Under the pieces are notes generated by a model that saw only the letters and a program-made list of their open reading frames with translations, did not search any database and had not been told where the DNA came from. Below, one piece after another: positions 37,497-52,400 of a DNA stretch of 64,000 nt (the first letter of the stretch is position 1; each line of letters starts with the position of its first letter). Source of the DNA: Takakia lepidozioides (Eukaryota; Plantae; Bryophyta); assembly GCA_030704615.1 (NCBI GenBank), contig CM060731.1:16864001-16928000 (forward strand), read 5' to 3'. The position numbers and the translations under genes were made by a program.

Positions 37497-40400
37497 CACG
37501 ACCTTGTCTCTCCACCCAAGCTGAAGTTCCCTCCCTTTTACTATCCGTAATTTGAGTGCAAAGCCCAATGGACCCCAAATTTTCTCTGTTGAGCACCTAG
37601 AGCACCCACGGATTGGCAAAACTGTCGAGGTGGAATCTCACCACCGAACTTGAGGATTTCAGATTGGCAAACTCTGACAGAAGCACCCTGAATCACCCAG
37701 CATAACCTGGTAGTCCCCAGATACATATGTCAGTATTGGACGACATTGCATAATGGTATCCTTGTTTTCTTCCAAAATCGCTACCTCTCATAACATTGCT
37801 GAAGTAAAAGAGAGTGGGTAGCTTTACAGCTCATCTATATCTGCGATGTTATTCCAAAGAAAGCTGTCTCACGTTTTCACTGAACGGAAGTGTAAATGTG
37901 AGTCTTAATATGCATTCAAAAGGGCACCCCTTATTGAGCTCCAATAATTAGTGAGCATTGTCCAAGAAGCAGCTTCGCTAACTCTACCCAACCGTGTTCA
38001 CAAGGACGGAGAAGGCTAATCAGAAATACTAAGAACTTAAATCTCCCTGCCGGAAAATTTGCACACATGCAGACATACCCCTCCAAAACTTAATTATGCC
38101 CTCAGAATTGTTCGGCCGCTGTTGTTAGTCCTCAATTCAATTGCTATTCCGCTTCTGTAAGTCAGGTTAAAGTTCAGTTGCTTCTTCAACTTCGGGATAC
38201 CCTTGACGACATCACCCTGCTCTGGTCACCCCTCACTGGGATTACATAGACGTCTGTCTTATACTCCTCTCAAATACAGTCTACCCTCATATATACCAGC
38301 CTTCTTCTCCTCAGGCAGCCTCACACAACCTCGATCCTCACTCGGGACTGTAACTCATCCACAAGGTTGCCGACCTTCAAGCGTCAAACAGGTAGAAACA
38401 CCATTCTTGGCGATGCAAAAACAGCGCGTCCCTGCTTCCATGTTTGCAGCCTCCTGCCCTCCATTCTAGCTGGGCAGGCACCTCATCTGACGCAATAAAC
38501 AACGTAAGACCTCGGCTCCAACATACTACGAATGCCTGTCTGATACTCGCTCCTTCGCTTCTCCTACTCGATCTACCCTCATCTTCTTTCCAGCCTTCCG
38601 GCGCCTTTACTCCACACGTTCCGAGCTAAACGACATACCTTTATTGTCTACACTAAACTGTCACTCCCAAACAAACAGACTCTCTTCCCGCTGATCCAGG
38701 AACCCTCTGCAGGTACAGACAATCTCCTCCTGCGCAGATGTCAGACAGCAGCAAGCATTAGCGCTCACCGACCGCAGCCTTCTCACCTCGACTTTGCTCG
38801 GCGTTGCTAGGGCAGCGTGGAGGCACAGCGAAGAGTGCACGACGATGTGTGATGCGGTCGGAGGCGTTGCGGAAAGACGAGCTCACATGTCGGCCGTCCT
38901 CTCACACGTTTTCAACGCTTTTCCACGCATTACAAAATTGTTTCTCTACCAAAGCTCCTCAACGGATTTGTGGGCTGTCAGATTCCCCGCCCTAAATGCA
39001 ATCATCACTGCCGCGTCGTCCCAGGAATCAAATTACGAGATGATTCCAAGAAGCAAAACGCTACACGATTCATTCACTGCCCATCAATCCCTCGAACCGT
39101 CAACAACTTGCGTGCCGAGATTATTATGTCGTACCCCGATTTGTCGCAGCCAATGTGGATCCATCCAACCACCCAACAAACCAACCAATGATTGAATCGA
39201 AAAGCAGACACCGAGTTTCTGAGTTACTAAATCGTGGGTTCGTTAATCTCGCTGCAGAGCGATCCAGCTTCAGAAGAGGAAGCAGAAGATCGACTGCGAG
39301 ATGTTTTGCTGCTCTAAATGCTGAGCTGTACCCCCAAGAATGAAGAAGCTTTCTTCACGGACGATGTTGCGGAGCTCGGCCCTAAGGGTGCGTGTTTCGC
39401 TTATCGTCAGCGGGGAATGTTCATTTGAGTAGTAGAAAGACCGCGTTATCTGCTAGGAGTATTGGTGTTGGGTTATTATCGATGCATTCTGTGGGAGGAG
39501 GTGCAGTTGTTCCCGTTCGGCAGCTGCCATGGTAGAAACCTCTGCCCCATCTCCGATTTGTGGGCTGTCGTAAATCACTGTTCCTCGTGAAAGGCTGGAT
39601 TTGGATGGGTGCGTGTTACTAACGTCAGTCATCCTCGCATTTGTATGTTACTGAGCAGCAGTACAAATGCAGAGTGGTCAACCTGACAGAGGACTGCTTG
39701 CTTGCACCAAAGCAGCGGAGGCGCATGCTGCCGCCTTGAGAGGAGAATCTGCGCACACCCGCCTAGGCAAAGGTATTTCGAGATGGTTGTCTGAATCATT
39801 CTGCGTTGTCTGCGTGCTGAAATGTTAGCCTGATTGGTCATACACTTGCAATTAGGTGCATACGCAACCTTTGGACTCATGCAAATCGTTATTGATGCAA
39901 ATTGACCTGGAGCTATTGATAATGATCAGTATGCGCAAGATCAGCTTCTTCTACATAGTTTGCTTCTCTAGGGGTGTGGAGGACCTGGCTTGATGGTGTC
40001 TTTAAGCTGGTTGATTCTGATATGTCAAAAGACCTTTTTAGAGGTTGAAGTGTTCTTTCTTTGTTCTCCAGAGAAGCTGACGTTGTAAATAGACTTGGCT
40101 AACAGATACTAGGATATATTAGTATGTTGGTCATTAACATACATGTATTTGTTCTCTCAATTTGTTCTCTCAAGTGCTCTCTCAAGTGAAATTCACCTTT
40201 TTGATACTATCATGGCTTGCAATTCCATGTCTTGTCCAGTACTAAATCCACAATGGTTCTAGTAGGGTAGCTTGGGTGGAGCTTCTTTTAAGTATTAGAC
40301 AGTGCTTTGGCAGCTGCTAATTGCGACAACGTCAACCCCTCAGGTTTGTGTAAGAAAGTTGAGCCTCTATCATAGTACATATTCAGGTTTTCATAACCAA

Positions 40401-43375
40401 CACTTGCTGTGACACAAGAAGAAGAGGAGGCGTTTGCAGTCTCCCCAGATTTGGAATCTAGGCTATGTAATAGATGGAATCTCCATTCAACCATTCCCAC
40501 CTTATGTACTGGTGAATGTTGCAGAAAAGCACTGCCTTAAGTGGAATGATGCTGACTGACTGATAGGTTTAACAGCTAAGGACATCACCAGAGGAGTGGC
40601 TGGCAGTTGTTTGTGTGGTTCCCTGGCTGAGCCTTGGGGGCTCTCGGTCCGAAGGAGGGCAGGCTGGCTCTATACCGGGAAGAACTGATTCTTCTGTCTA
40701 GCCTTAGTCATGGTGACTGGGACATGTCTACATTATGGAACTTATTGATGCCATCAGATTCCTCCCGTAAGTGTCTACCAAAACATGTCCCCTCACTTCA
40801 AGCCTGCTTATCAAGAAAGAGATCTGATTATTTTCTGTCTGCAGCTGTGTAGACTGTCTTCAGTTTGAGTTAGCCTTTCGCACTATAGTACATTGGTCCA
40901 CTTAAAATTCTTCAGGATTGTCGTCGTCGTCGTCGTCGTTGTTGTTACCATCCAACTACTGTGAAACAGTCTTTAAAAGAACATGCCACAAGCTATCCAA
41001 GTGTTGAGTTTATCCAGGAGAGTGGGGATAAAAACTCTAGCTACCAGAGTCTGACTGAAATGTGCGATGTGGGATGCAGCACATTTGAGCACCAACATTT
41101 AATGATTATGGGGGTGCTTTGGGACCCTGTGAATAATGAAAGTCAGCACTGCTGTACGGTTGAAAGCTCTCGTAAGTCTCTTGCTGTGTGGCCGGTTTTG
41201 TCTGTTTATATGTCATTTCGGTTGTGCCACCCGTACTTCAAATTTATATCTTTAGCTGTGATATGGAGGTCCCATGTGTTCAGAGATTCACTGCTATCAT
41301 GGTAACCGGGAAATCTTTGCTTGATCAGTGGGCAGCCATGTCAAGGGGAGATATACAAGGTCTAGGGAGTAATTTGAGTATTAGTGTTGAAGGCGAAGAC
41401 TGTTGAAGGACTTCAGAAAGATGGCAGGTGGGGAATGTGGAGTTGGAATTGAAGCACAGCAAGTGCTGCCAGCACTTATGACCCTGGTTCAGATCCAAAT
41501 CTTCTTGTCAAGCATGCTGGCATCAGTATTTGCTCAGCATTTCAAGGATAAAGTGGTACCAATCCTCTCCCGCCATTTCTCTTGTCTGTGCACATGATCA
41601 TGTGAGTGAGTGCAAGAGAGGATGTGCTCACTCACTGACTGTTCCTTCTGGAGGTTTTGTACAATTCTATGCCCTAACAGTCTTTTAGAGCCAAGGACAA
41701 TCCGGGAATCAAGTGTGGTGTAACTCTGGTATAGATAATGGTACAAAACACAATGTTGATTCCAGACACTTCTTTTTTGCCTTTGATCTGCCATAAATGT
41801 CACTGCCCAGGCAATGGCTGTCAGCAAGTGAGAGAGATAGAAAGAAAGACAGAACTCCATAACATCCACAGGGGTCTGGTGATGAAGTTGAGCGACAAGA
41901 AGCCACTTCAGAAAACAGCATATAACAGTCAAAGAAAGAGGAACAAGAAAGGGTGTTCTGCTCACTGCCCCAGCTCTTCCAGAGCCAAAAGCCTCCTTTC
42001 AAACTGCTGCTTTAGGAATATGACATCAACATCATCACCTCACAAAGGTCTTTCATCTCAGGCTACATACTGGTCCTGGTCGAGGTCTGCATTGTACTTT
42101 TTCAGAGACATTTTAGTTGTGGCTCAAAGGTACTTGTTTTGTGCATGCCAGAGCTTTCATAGTGAATTTGGGCGACATGCTTGAGCGTTGGAGCAATGGC
42201 CTATTTCGGTAACTCTTTCACCACCTCCATGTCACCTCCTGGATATTTTAAATTTGAAACTGTTTTCCTCTCACCTTGGTAACAGCTGAAAAACTACATA
42301 GATCAGTATGATACTTGTTGGGGTTGAATTGGGTAGGTGGACAGTTGCCATGAGTATAGACACTTCCCATCTGATGTTACTGAGTTCAACTTTCATCGAG
42401 TGCTCAACCCGGGCATGGAGCGATATTCAGTAAGCTGATTTGTTTGGTGTAGTAGATCCTCCCTCCCTTGGAGCTTCGGGTTTCTCTTAATGAACTCATC
42501 TCATTGGCCAGCCCAGGCTTCTTCTCAATTGAGCATCTTACAAGGAGTGTTGCCAACACAGTGGGAGCTGCATGGCTGGGTTGGTAAGCTCCCCACATAT
42601 GACCCAGTGATCAGGATGCCCTTGTCCAGATATAGGTAGTCCTGGTTTCAAACCTACATATTCCCATGCTGAAGGTCATTCAGTGAGCTCCACCCAACCT
42701 GCTATCCCTGTATTTACAGTGCCAATTCTGCCAGAAGAAAGTTAAAGCCCTGTCCTCAATTTATCAAACAAAACAAACCAAAGTATCTTGCTTAATATAT
42801 TGACATGCTATCGCGCAATGATTTTGGTTCAAACAAGGATGACCATATATGTATCTGGAAATGTCCGAAACAATTTAGGATTAAATTCAGTTTCTCTCTA
42901 TTATGCTCTTTTCTTTCCCAATCTTCCATACCCATGGCATCATCTCAATGAGCTTAATTGATAGTTTACAAACTGAATGTATTTGAAACATGATATAGTG
43001 AGCATCACACAATGCAAGAGTGAGTAGATGGGCTCCCATATTAGCACTGAGGATACATGTACAAACGAGGGAGTGATTCAAGCCCTTCAAGTTTTGAAGC
43101 CTTTATGTGTCGCTCTATACTCCCAAAACCCTCTCCATATACAAACATGATATGTAACCAACAAATTTCACGCTTCCCCTTCCTTGCCAGTTCTCTCTCT
43201 GGATATACCTGGGAGATATGAAGGGTTCTAGAAGGTAAGGTGGACGTACTTGGGGGGTTCTCATCTGAGAAACAGGTTGGAAGGCACTCCACCACAGTCG
43301 AAATTTGGCTCAAAGAATAATGGGATCTGCGAACCCAAACACAAAAATCAGATATCCTTGGGAGCTATTGGTCAA

Positions 43376-43445
43376 TGCAGACTGGGTTTGAACCCCGAAC
43401 CACCAAGGTGACACACTGTGCACTTACGCGCTGAGCTACCAGCCG
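43376..43445 (-). mobile_element. tRNA-derived SINE head or tRNA pseudogene
   Basis: Minus strand GGCTGGTAGCTCAGCGCGT (A-box) and GGGGTTCAAACCC (B-box) at tRNA-like spacing. No good acceptor stem. Confidence 0.45.
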
Positions 43446-44062
43446 ATGTGCATATTACTAAGAGATTAAACCCTGGGTTCGAGCCATCCCGCTTATAACT
43501 AATGACGCATACTGTTTCGCAATGTCCTATTGCATTAAGGTGATATGTGCTAGCGGAACATGCGTAGTAGATAGCTGTTGGTGTTGAAAGTAAGGAGATT
43601 TGAACACAAGGACGTCCGAAGTCTGAGGGGGTTTGAAGTTTGAACTGATCGAGACATCGATGTGACAAGTCCTACAGCTCAAGGCTCCGTGACCGTCGGA
43701 TGCTGACTAGTACTCGCATATCGTGGCTGTCCATAATGGCGGGCGCGCCATGACCCCCAATTCAAAAAGGTGGTCGATCTACTATAGTAAGCGAGTTTAG
43801 TAAGTCAGTTACCAAGGTTAAGTTCGAGGGCTGCGTGAAGGTTCTTCTGCTTATAAAGGATTCTTCGCTGCTTGAGAGGCATTTGCTGTTGCTGGAGAAT
43901 GCTGTTGCTGAGAGGAGTATAGAGAGAGCGAGAGAGCCCTGGTGTTCTTGAGCAAGGGATCTGCTGTGTCGACAGAGATCAGTTCGTGATTTCCCTGCTC
44001 AGAGGGGGAGAGGTGCTTCTTGGTTTAATGCTCTAGGCTGGCTAGTAGGCACCAGGTCAGAA

Positions 44063-47000
44063 ATGATGTCGAGAAAGGCGCAATCGGTGGTGTTGAATGC
44101 CTTAGTGATCATTGCTGTATTGTCGATTGCCGAGCTACAAGGAGCGAAGGGTGAAACGCTTTTCTGCCAGACAGTGATTCGGCCTCTTGGCTATGGTTGC
44201 ACGGAGCACACGGTATATTGCGTGGATTGGTGCTTCTGTCTAGACTAAACGTGCTCAAATCTAGTCCTGTATGCAGTATTTTTCGCTCCATCGAGAGACG
44301 CCGGAAGTCAAGATCTGAAGCCTTTCACGGGGACTTTCATTTCAATTAGAGGATAGGCCTTAGCTAAGCTTGAATTATCTGATACTCGCACTGAGATGGC
44401 CGGATAGTGCAGACACTAGATATATTTACTCGTTTGCTTGCCTACTGTAACACAGACTTGCTTTGAACAGGTTTTACAGGCCTGAACATTTGTACGTCTG
44501 AACATTCGTTTTGAACTACACTAAATTTGCCGATCTTCTCCAGCTAGAATGTCCAAGCTGTTTGTATATCGCTAGATGTGTATATAATACGGCACTGGTA
44601 AACTGATCATCTGTGACAAACAAAGAACTGCTGGGCGGGGGATGTGCAAGCTGCAGGTGCAAACAGATGACGGCTATGTGTTGCTGTTGCATCGGTTGAG
44701 CCTGAATTTAGCCAGGCAAAACAAAGGAAACAGCACCGGCTCAGGCCAGATCCTATCCTCTGCCGATCATTCTACTAACCGCCGGAAGACTGATTATGAT
44801 AATACAACGAAATCGCAATCCGGCGCTGGCGCAATGCCATTGACTGCGGCAAGCCTTGGTGGAGATCAAGCATCAACATCAGTACGTCAGCCATCTAGTA
44901 ATGACACGAAAATTAACGGACCTTCCACTGGAAATCCAGGGGTGAGTGACATTATTTATCCCATCTGAAAGTGTGCATGACGATTCATATTTTAGACCAT
45001 TTCGGCATTGCAACTTAGCTCTTACTATGCCGATAAGATAGCAGGAATTTACTGTAATTACATAATGCACTATTTGCATGTTGCGAACTGTAATGCCGAT
45101 TAGCGTGGAATGTGCTGTCAAGATGCTTGCAATCGTAGTACATGATCTCTAGACTATCTCCTACATCCATGGATTATTTTGATGTTCAGAATCTTCGTGC
45201 ACAGGCAGGGAAGGGGGCGCCAGTGCTGCTGATGCATATGGAATTTTTCAATGGCGATAGCTGGTTCATGTATGTGGACAAACAGCATAATGGCAAATTG
45301 CTGCCATTGATGCTGCTGCAGGACGGGTTCGATGTATGGGTGGGGCACCAGCGTGCCACTTTCTGGGCGCACCAAAACGTCCACCTGCAATCCACACAGC
45401 AGGTTGACTTGAGCATCATGTCCACTGTGAATTCTACGTCCGAGTCCTGAGGTGGTTTAATTAGACTTGCTCATTTTTTTTCTAGCTTCAATGAAATAAG
45501 AGGATCTAATATATACTACACCAGTGCCAGATCTTATATCTGAATGAATATTGCAATTTGGACCACACTTACAAGTATCTCACGTAGACTTGTTTGGACA
45601 TACTCGACAGCTCTCAAGGTTAGATGGTTTCGCGCCCCCTCATGAAATTTAAAAAATGTTTGCAGCATATTATCTAGATTATACGTTGTCGAAGTTCAAT
45701 CAAGGGGAGCTAGCAGATGAAAAAATTCTGTCCTTTGTACTCCTAGTTGAATAGTTCGAGATCGTTAGATTGAAGAAGGGGATGACTTTGCTAGCAGTCA
45801 CGCTGTTTTGGAGGTCCAACCCAAAATGTTCTAACAAGCACTTGAGTTCTCTTTCGAAGGTGTTTATGGCAGTTGTTTGTTCCTACGTATACAGGCCTTC
45901 TGGAATTGGACATGGGACCAGCATGCAGAGTTCGACCTTCCAGCTCAGCTTCGCAAGATCAATTCTGAGACCAACCAAACCATCCACTACGTCGGTATCT
46001 CACAGGTACAAACTCGAGCGATAATCTCATGAGTATAAATTTGGTCGGGTGTAGAGACTACTTACGATTTTAAGATCACAGCTCTCGTGTGCGATCATGG
46101 GGGGAGTCTTTTGTTTCCCCGTTCAAGGGAAAATGTGCGCGCTGCTCCACACAGTTGGTAGATCTATGCGGGGACAGGCTCGTATCAGACGCACACCTAG
46201 TCATCTCTCGTTTCTAATTTCAAGAGCTTGGGGCTCGATACCCAGGTGGTTCCGTTAACGAAGCCTTGCACGCAGAACTACGATTATGTCAGGGTTGCTT
46301 CTGTAATGCACGGAGATTCCGTCATTGACGTGATGCGAATTGATTTGAATTGTGCTGCAGGCAGCAACTGCAGGCGCTGCAGGCGCATCGCATCCAAACA
46401 CAACATTGCTGATGCGGAGCCTCACATTAATTGGGCCCACCGCATACCGGGGCAACACAAATTCTGTTCTTCTGGATTCATGGGCTTACACTTTCGGCCG
46501 GACACTAGATACGGTAGGTGGACAATGTCGATGGTGATTTGCAACATTTACATGCATTACTCTCGCAATCCTCTCGCAATCGCCTCCAGATATAATTTGG
46601 TACAGCCTAAAGTGATGGCATGGCACCGTGCAGAGATACTATGCGACAGGCTTTCAGAATGGCGCCTTCAACTATTCTTCGTGAGTATCCGACGTCTCAA
46701 AGAGACTTGTCTTACTAAGTCTTTCTTGAGCTGAGACAACGTGTAATGTGCAGCAGTTGAGAGTCTCTGATCATTTGGGTCGTGTAAAAGGTTTGGTCAC
46801 AAGTTTCTGTGCTCACACCATGGTGACATCCTAGAGGTAGCTATTCTAGAAGCTTAGATTCATCCTCTCAAACTGAGATGTTAGTTAGCACATTCAGATA
46901 TGCAGGCTCTAATGACGTGGCCTGTGCTTTTGGCGGGTTTTGCCTACTGACTCCTTAGAATAAGTTTCACATGTACATGATTTAAAATATTCTTCGAGAT

Positions 47001-48256
47001 TGGCATGTAGCACACCCGTTACGTGGTCTTGATGCGGGCGTGAACATTTGGCTGGGACAGGGAGTTTCCACCCGGACCCATACTTACCTCCGGTCCTGCT
47101 GCTGCCGCACTCAACCAAGTATCAGGTACACATCATTCCAGCTTACAGATCTGCGAGAGGCAAAGACTCTTGAACCCAGAAGTTTTCAGTAAAGAGAGGC
47201 AAACAGACAAGGACTGGTTATATGTTCTGGACAACCGGTAGCATTGAAGTGCCGGGTTATGCTTGTTCCACAGCTACCGATGCATACTTCCCCTCCAATA
47301 TAGCCCACACTGGACTTATGTATGACAAGTGCAATATTACATGTACACCTAGTACTTTTTGCAATGTCCAAACGTCCAAACCTTGACGAGTAGTTCTGGT
47401 TACGTGTGTTTCTGATAGCTCATCAGAAACTTGGACAGCTTTTTGAACATTATCCAATATTTGATCTTGAGGTTATGTCGTTATGTCCACAATGTTTGCA
47501 GGTCCTGATTGCTGTTTGGGAATAAACGCGTCCATCTCATTTGCAAACGGCTGGGATGGCACAACTTCCTTCAAGAATCTACTGCACTGGCAGCAAGGTC
47601 ATTAAACATTCCCCTCTCCAGCGCACATTTCTTGTTCACCCGGAATTAAGACGAACTGTGACCTCAACGTAATTGCCCCAGAAAATGTAACTTTACGTCA
47701 TCTCAAACTCGATCTCAAAGCTCTAAGTTGGTTTAGACTATAGAGTCGTAGATGATCCAGTAAGGATCAACTCATATAGACCGTAATGGGGAGGTATCCA
47801 AAATGTCATGTCAGATTTTAGCTCTGATGCTGGTCGATTCTAAATCAGTACAGTTTATCAAGCCCGAGCCATTGAAAAAGATTGAGATGCATACATGTAC
47901 ATGAAGACCTCACTGGTTTCCTAAATTGGTTGACTGTGTACAATATACCAGGAATACGGTCGAATCGCTGGGCCCGTTTCGACTACAGCGACCCAAGGAA
48001 GAACATAATTGCATATGGGCGGCTAACCCCACCATTGTACTATCCAGGGCTGATTCCTGCAACACTCCCAGTGCTCGTAGTCTATGGCGGTCGGGATTGG
48101 ACTGCCCCTCCACGGGGAGTGTACATATTCATGGCGCAGCTCAAGCGGCCAGCCAAATCCGTGTTCCTGCAAAACTATGCTCACTATGATCTTATCTACA
48201 GCGTGAATCGGGAGACCGATGTGTTTGCGCCCATAGTTTCATTTCTAGCTAGCTAG
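44063..48256 (+). CDS. Secreted AB-hydrolase triacylglycerol lipase-like protein (acid lipase / LIP1-MPL1 family), ~9 exons
   Basis: Signal peptide and FCQTVIRPLGYGCTEHT (44063-44212); VQTDDGYVLLLHRL; GFDVWVGHQRATFW; FWNWTWDQHAEFDLPA; HYVGISQ; NLLHWQQ; ARFDYSDPRKNIIAYG..GGRDW..YAHYDLI. Confidence 0.85.
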
Positions 48257-49419
48257 AGTTGGGCTCGCAGTTGTTGAGGAATACATATTTAGGTGCACGC
48301 CTCAAGATGCCAAGAGCTGCTGTAAATATAGGGCAGTAGGGCAGAGGCTCATTTATAGTTAAACTTATTTTCTGAGCAATAGAGGAACAGAACTTTAGTA
48401 GATATCTGTTGCAATGGAGATGCACGTTCTTCCGATTATGATCCTCCAATTTTTGAAGTGATGGATGTTTGATGGTTCTGACTCGAGTCGTCTACATATA
48501 ATGATCTCTCCTCGGAAAAATGTAATTTGCTACTTCATCATGTTCGTGTGATGAGTTCGTGTATCAGCTTCCAAAGGCCGCCAGAGAAGAGAGAGAGAGA
48601 GTGGCAGAGAAGAGGGGGTAGGCAACAGCAGTGTTTGAAACCTGAATCAAAAAAGTTGAGCAATTCATTTTCAACAGTAAGATAGAACAGACTTTTGTAA
48701 CACTGAAGGCGCTTCAAAGGGATCGGTTCTAAAGGGTAGCTGCCCGTATTATACCGAATGTTTTACCCTATTTGGACAGGCCGTGGATGCCCTCCATGCC
48801 TGCCCGTCTCGACAATGAATTGTTTTTTCGTGCCCGCGGGCAGTTAGGGCAGGTGGGAGACCCTAAAGTATTGGGGGGGGGTCGGGGCGGGCAAGAGAAG
48901 GTCGGGTCAACCCGGGTTGGTCGCACGGGCGTGGTGGCTCGCGTTGGTTACGCTTCAACCGATGCCCCCATCTCTCTGTCTCCTTCCCTCCTCTCTCACA
49001 ACACTCTCACTCGCAGGCCGTTTCCTTCGGGGGCCCCCCGTGCTACTATAGAAGCGGTGCTGCACTCTGGGCCTGGAATGGTTGTAGCAGGAGGAGGAGT
49101 TTCATGTGTGGTCTTGCTAGGTAGTTGCTTTGGTGCGTTCTTGCTTGCAGCAGAAGGTGGAGGATTTTAGTGGCGGGGGAAAGTGCAGGGTTTGAAATCG
49201 GCAAAAAATCCGGGGAGCGAGGAGGGGATCTGGCAAACAAGTTACTAGGGCAGGGGTTGGTGAGGGAAGATTGGAAGTGGGATGCCGGTTTCTGAGGGTT
49301 TGGATATCTAGGGTATGACAGTAGCTTTTGGGCCGTGAGCCAGCATTGGTGCTCTTCTAGTTTCTGGGGGATCCTTGGCGCCTTTGTTTGGAGAAAAACA
49401 GACTTCATAGGCCGTGCGA

Positions 49420-52400
49420 ATGGCGTGCCATTCAAGGGGAGACTATGGGGAGGCTGCGCCGTCAGAGGCGCCCGTGTCATCGAAGCTGCATTCGGCGGAT
49501 TCGGTGTCAGAATGGCGTTCTCGGGAGCAGCTTGAACCGTCGCCACCGTCAACGTCTCCTGCTTACTGGGACACTGACGACGACGACGATACCAATTCGT
49601 CTTCTGTGATTGGTATTCGCCTTGCTCCCAGTTTTTCTTTGTGTGTGTGTGTTTTCAGGAAATGGGGCTGCGCAGGCGCCTGTTTTCGAGCACAGTAGTC
49701 ATCCAACGTTACACATTTTTCACGAGGGAAACCCGGGCTTCTATATTTGTGGCTCGATTCTGCCGTCCAGTAGGAAAGGATTCTGAAGTGTATCAGTCTG
49801 TCATCGTTGGAGAAAGAAGGTGGAGTGTTTAGGTCAAATGCTTTTGGTCGTAGCTCCACGTCATTCGAGCTCTAAGAATGCTGCTGGCTTCACCAGGCAC
49901 GATGACAGCTCAATAACGCCCTGAGCTTTAACCGTGGTGAATGGGAAAATGTCTAAGTTCAAGAAATGGGATCTATGGCTGATGTATGTGCGCCTCTTGT
50001 TTGATCTATAGGTCAGCAGGTCCCACACGTCTAAATCTGACAACCAATGAGGTGGCATGCTTAGCATATGTGCTACATGCAACATTCCCCTGATGTTGTT
50101 TTGTTTCACCTCTGAGGTTTTGTTTTTCTGGTTGGGAAGTAGTTCCACTGCGAGACTGACCTTCTGCTGAAATCAGATTGTGGTCCTCATTTTCCTTTAT
50201 TCTGAGCAATATTTTACCCCTGTCATATTTCATCTTTTTCAGGGTGGCCACAAAGGTGAGGAAAGCTCTTTGTGCTTCTTAGTTCCTCTAACTATCAGCA
50301 AGTGTTACTAATTCTGGTTGTATACCAGAATATGAAGCATTGGCCTGTCGAATCCTTATTGAAACCTATTTGTTCAATTTTGTGGTACTTGTCTACACAT
50401 GCAATCAACACCTCAAGCCCTATTCCTTGATGTTTGAATATCTGCCATGTGGCCTGCAAAGGAGTTTGGACAATCTGACAACTGCGTTGCAAGCCACTTT
50501 GCACAAAGTGGTGTGAATTCCACCATCAGTTTACCCATTTGGGAAGGAAGGTTCATGATATCTGTCCATGCATATGTAATATGGCATGGTGGCACAAAAT
50601 CTAGTGCATTTTTATCACATTCAGGTGTTAGAGGGGGCCTAACACCCCTTAGAGTAGGAAGTCTTTAGCCTTTGCTGGCTGCTTGTCACTCTCTACATGT
50701 CATAATAGCAAGTGTTGACTATCAGTGGCTGGACATCTCCCCCAATGGGATGCAGATGTTTGGGCAATGACTGCAGGTCACCACCTCAACCGGTTTAGCA
50801 AGTTGGGGAACAAACTATTTTTAGGCAAAAAAGAAGTTCAAGCAATCACCTCACTGATTGGTTGATTAGAGGCTTAGGAAAGACCTATCTAAAATACAAA
50901 GGTGCCCAAGCAATCCCAAGAAAGAGAAAGAAAGATTTTGCATATGTGTAGAAGTAACCCTGGTTAAGGGGAATGCTGTTGTGGTCTTTGATGGGCCTAT
51001 CATAAGTCAGCAGAGATCTCTTGGTATGCAGATCAATGGCGGCTGTGGTTTTTATTGTCTTTGTCAAGGTAGTCACAAGGAGTTGGGTATGGAAATTAAT
51101 CATGAAATTTTATGGATAGAGATTCCCTCTTGGTGAAACATTATCCCAAGAGCATTTGGGCTTATGAGGTTTCTGGTTAATAGAAATGGAGTAGGAACGG
51201 TTAAGGGAGGTGCTTGTAGCATTCTGACCTTAACAAAACACCACTGTGCAACCAACGACATGTGGAGAGAGTATTTGTTCTCTCATTGTGGTTCGGCTCC
51301 TGTCCAACTTGTCTTAAAGTATTGGACATTAGTATTACCACTTTACACTATTTTATGACTATCTCTTTACATTCCCACCCCCAAAATGAAATAGTAGAAT
51401 TAAATGTGTTTACTCCCTTCAAAGCCTTCTACCACACAATTTTTGCATGTTGTTGTCTGCTGGAATGCAGTCCCTCAAGTCATGTCTCTCATGTTTATGA
51501 TTTTACTTCTGTCAATGCAGTCCTGCAGCTGGAAGTTGCTCCGCTTAATGGATTCTGACCAGCTTTATGACCTTCATCATTTTTCTAAGGGAGCTCAACC
51601 TATGGGATTGTGCTGGTGCAGGACCCAAGCCGTCAGATTTGTACGGGAAGTTCACGTGGAAGATTGAGAACTTTTCCGAGATTAGCAAGCGAGAACTGCG
51701 CAGTAATGTCTTTGAAGTTGGTGGATACAAATGGTGAGATATTAAGGATTATCCGAAAAAAAACAGTAGTTGATTTTACGACTTACCTGACAATGTAAAT
51801 TTTCTAAGCATAAATCAAGAGTAGGTTTTCCCTGCTATATTTTCTGTCTGTCGTTGGGAGAAAGTCCATAAATTGGATGTGTCCTTGGGAAACTATGTGG
51901 AAGTAGGTGGACCTCAAAACATTGAAGACACTATATGGCTCCTATGTCCAGAGTTTACTCGTCTCTCACATTGATTATATCTGTCTCCTGTGTTACACTG
52001 CATTGTTTGTCTTTCCTCCCAAGATTCTCAGGATTCCCATCTTCCTCACTGCAAAACTGGATGATTCAATACACTCCCTGGAGGTCTTACTTGAGTTATT
52101 AGACGCTGTCTTTTCCACTTCTGCACCTAAGAGATGCAGATTTACTAATTATGACTTAATAGTGGTCCTGCCGCAGTAGGTGTCAATGTGTTCTTGTAAC
52201 TATGGATGTCAGTTGGATCTGCAAGGTCTAGCACAGCTGCAGTGGTTTCGAATGACCTCTATTTCAAATCTTTTTTACTGGTTTGATCTGTTAGGTTCTA
52301 TTAGACAGAACTGAGGGCAAACTTGTGCCAAAAATGGCTTGCAGGTACATTTTGGTCTATCCCCAAGGATGCGACGTGTGCAACCATTTGTCTCTATTTC

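Noticed and set aside
39600-43300. Short ORFs between the SINA and lipase genes
   Set aside because: No convincing protein family motif. Possibly very old TE debris, but unsupported.
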